NCBI GenBank assembly: GCA_905250005.1
Contig: CAJNOH010000912.1
Location: 4,079 to 15,911, forward strand
Reading direction: 5' to 3'
DNA: 11,833 nt
From: Rotaria sordida
Lineage: Eukaryota
The translations under genes were made by a program, and so were the position numbers. A model generated the notes under the pieces. That model was not told the origin of the DNA and did not search any database. It saw nothing but the letters and a program-made list of their open reading frames with translations. Shown here piece by piece: positions 9,383 to 11,833 of this stretch (within the stretch, counting starts at the first letter, position 1; the number at the start of each line of letters is the position of its first letter).

Positions 9383-10459
9383 ATGTCTAAAGTACATTAT
9401 CAACTTTTTATACTTCTTTTTCTTATAATTACATTAATAAATTCTTATAATATTTCTTCATGCATTTCAAATACACCATGTCAATGTTATTTAACACAAT
9501 ATTCATTTAAATTATTCAATTGTTCACATACATTATCTGATATACCTATATTTAATTCAAAAATAATAGATAATATAACAAAAGTTATAGCACAAAATTC
9601 ATTTAATCAATGGCCAATTCAATTATGTAAATATTCAAATATTCAAATACTTGATTTAAGTGGTTCATATTTTAATTCAGAATTTATTGATTTATCATGT
9701 TTAATTTATTTAATACATTTAAATTTAAGTAATACACGATTAAATAATATTCCAAATTTTAATAAAAATTTTTCAAATCATTTACAAATACTTGATCTAT
9801 CAAATAATTATATAAAAATTCTTGATGGTTTATATTTTCAATCATTAAATAATTTAATTTCATTATTTTTACAAAATAATCCAATTAAAACTATTGAACA
9901 TTTAGAAATTTTTTTTTATTTATCAAATCTTGAAACAATTAATTTTATTTCATTAAATAGAGATATTACACTTAAACAATTAATAAATATAAATCAATGG
10001 ATTAATATATCACAACAATGGAATAATACAAAAAAAAATTTTTTTATTCGTATAAAAAATATTCCATTACAATTAATTCTACCAAATCCAGAACAATTTT
10101 CAATTATTTCAATTGATTCAATAAAAATTATTTTAAAAAAATTTATTAATTCAACATTTATTACTTTATTTAATACACCAAAATGTGTTTGTTCTCATCT
10201 TCGAATTTATCAACGAATATTTTCATTTATTGATTATCAAAAAAAATATTCATCATCATTATTTCAATCAACAACATGTCTTATGTCAGATGGAATAACT
10301 CATGCTCGTTTATTTGATCGTCGAACATATATTGACTTACGATGTCCATTATTTGGAAAAACTTTTTTTCCTTTAATAGAAAGTTCATCATCATCATCAT
10401 CATCATTAAACAATGTATTGATTCCTTTTTCTATTTTTTATTTGTTTTTAATGCATTGA
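9383..10459 (+). CDS. Secreted or surface-anchored leucine-rich-repeat protein, 358 aa, single ORF
   Basis: Signal peptide MSKVHYQLFILLFLIITLINS. Cys-rich N-cap CISNTPCQCYLTQYSFKLFNC. LRR segments include IQILDLSGSYF, LIHLNLSNTRLNNIP, LQILDLSNNYIKILDGLYFQSLNNLISLFLQNNPIKTI and LSNLETINFI. LRRCT-like C-cap NTPKCVCSHLRIYQRI...CLMSDG...CPLFG. Hydrophobic C-terminus VLIPFSIFYLFLMH. Stop TGA at 10457..10459. Confidence 0.88.
   Translation: MSKVHYQLFILLFLIITLINSYNISSCISNTPCQCYLTQYSFKLFNCSHTLSDIPIFNSKIIDNITKVIAQNSFNQWPIQLCKYSNIQILDLSGSYFNSEFIDLSCLIYLIHLNLSNTRLNNIPNFNKNFSNHLQILDLSNNYIKILDGLYFQSLNNLISLFLQNNPIKTIEHLEIFFYLSNLETINFISLNRDITLKQLININQWINISQQWNNTKKNFFIRIKNIPLQLILPNPEQFSIISIDSIKIILKKFINSTFITLFNTPKCVCSHLRIYQRIFSFIDYQKKYSSSLFQSTTCLMSDGITHARLFDRRTYIDLRCPLFGKTFFPLIESSSSSSSSLNNVLIPFSIFYLFLMH
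10386..10406 (+). repeat. (TCA)n trinucleotide tract encoding poly-Ser in the LRR protein
   Basis: tcatcatcatcatcatcatca encodes SSSSSSS near the C-terminus, just before the hydrophobic tail. Confidence 0.85.
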
Positions 10460-11833
10460 GAAACAAAAAAAAAAGATGACTGTGTTTTTTTTTTCGTTTG
10501 TTTTCTTATCGAGGGTTTACAATAATAATAATTTTAGAGATTAGAAATTATATTACATAATTGAAATAATGTTAATTAAAATCTAAAAAACCACCATCTG
10601 AAAAATTCATAAATATAAATATATTATTTCTCATTTTAAAAATTTAATTTAGTACATACAATAATTTGTTTCATTATGATATTGATTGATTCTTGTAGAT
10701 GAATATTTTCTACTAGAATTAAAATCATTGATGACATAACCTAAATGATTATTTAATTTTTGTCATGTTATAGAATAGATTTACATTGGAATGACTTTAC
10801 TACTTGTCAGCTGATCGCTAACTTAGTTGAAAAATGATTGTCGTATGATAGTTTTCCAACAGGAAAATTAATCTGACATGAACTCAGAGATTTGCTTGAA
10901 TCAAAATTTGTTGAAATTCAAAACTAACCTCCAAGCATTACTTCCTTTCTTTTATTAAATATCTGTATCAAACATGAAAATAAAAATAATATGATTTGTT
11001 GAAAACGTTTGTGATATTTAAATATATTTGATTTTCATGAACAGAAAATAGTGACAAAAAGAAAGAGATCATTTCAACACTAATGATACTCTAAAATATA
11101 AAAAAGTTTATATATAACTAGTTGCCTATATAATAGAATCTTCATTTGTTTCAACAACGTCAATAAATTCAACCAACACATAAAAAAATACTGTTTTCAG
11201 TAAGATGAACTTCAAAATTTCTTGAAAAGTTGTAAAAAAAAAAAGAAGAAAATATTCCTAGTAGCTTTCTGGACGTCCAGTAACGCTCGACTCCCCCGTC
11301 CTTTAGGTTCGATTTTCTTGTTTCAGAATAGGAGCAAATCAGAAGAGCTGAAACATTCTCATTAATGTTCGTCTCTGTACAAAGTTTCAGGTCGAAATTC
11401 GAAAATTAGCTTTTCCCGGTGTTTGTGAGAAGGGCTGCAATTATCAAAATATTCCTTATCATTTCTCGAAAAATCAATTAGTAAAAATTACAAGAATCTA
11501 CAAAATAAGCCTTCATATATCTCATATTGATCTTAGAAATTATGATTAATACTTTTTTCAATCATATAATCTCTTCAATTCATTTGAGTATTCTTCATGA
11601 TTATGTTTATCGTAAGTTTTAATCAAATTATACGTAGATCTATCTATGCGCAAAATATCGTCATTTCATTCTTTTGTACACATACCATGCTATATGCTAA
11701 AATTTTAGTAAGATGTCTATAGCTTTATTGGGAAGTTCTACGCACCCTTATCATTTTAGAGTTTACCTTAAACATAGAGTCCGAACTCATGCACAATTTT
11801 CAAATTAGGAAGGCTATGTGCCAATATACATTG

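Noticed and set aside
10386-10406. Poly-Ser (TCA)n tract as a novel signal
   Set aside because: Simple trinucleotide repeat, as in the Asn and Ser runs of the receptor N-terminus. Common in AT-rich genomes and reported only as a repeat feature.
11281-11325. Possible tRNA B-box (AGGTTCGATTTTC)
   Set aside because: No matching A-box or acceptor and anticodon stem-loops could be built around it.
1-11833. CRISPR array, defence operon or other prokaryotic-type system
   Set aside because: No regularly spaced direct repeats were seen. The genes present are a spliced nuclear receptor and a eukaryotic secreted LRR protein, so the window is eukaryotic.

Overview
AT-rich eukaryotic (metazoan-looking) genomic window. 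It holds two well supported protein-coding genes and long stretches of non-coding, partly repeat-like DNA. (1) A four-exon nuclear-receptor gene lies on the minus strand. I reconstruct it as join(7080..7051, 6992..6518, 6410..6198, 6131..5317), 1533 nt including the stop, 510 aa. It encodes a clear C4/C4 nuclear-receptor DNA-binding domain. The C-terminal half has no ligand-binding-domain signature that I can recognise. The ORF track splits this gene into three pieces and misses a 30-nt first coding exon. (2) A single-ORF secreted leucine-rich-repeat protein lies on the plus strand (9383..10459), with N- and C-terminal cysteine caps, a poly-Ser tract and a short hydrophobic GPI-signal-like tail. 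Non-coding features include an old inverted-repeat (foldback/MITE-like) element at ~336..940, a GC-rich island at ~1121..1258, a TGTGGG-containing degenerate repeat at ~2022..2107, and an unusually dense run of small hairpins at ~4589..5000. Short introns (58, 66 and 107 nt), AT-rich composition and TGTGGG motifs would fit a bdelloid rotifer, but that assignment is only an inference. I found no prokaryotic-type defence system, CRISPR array or complete mobile element.
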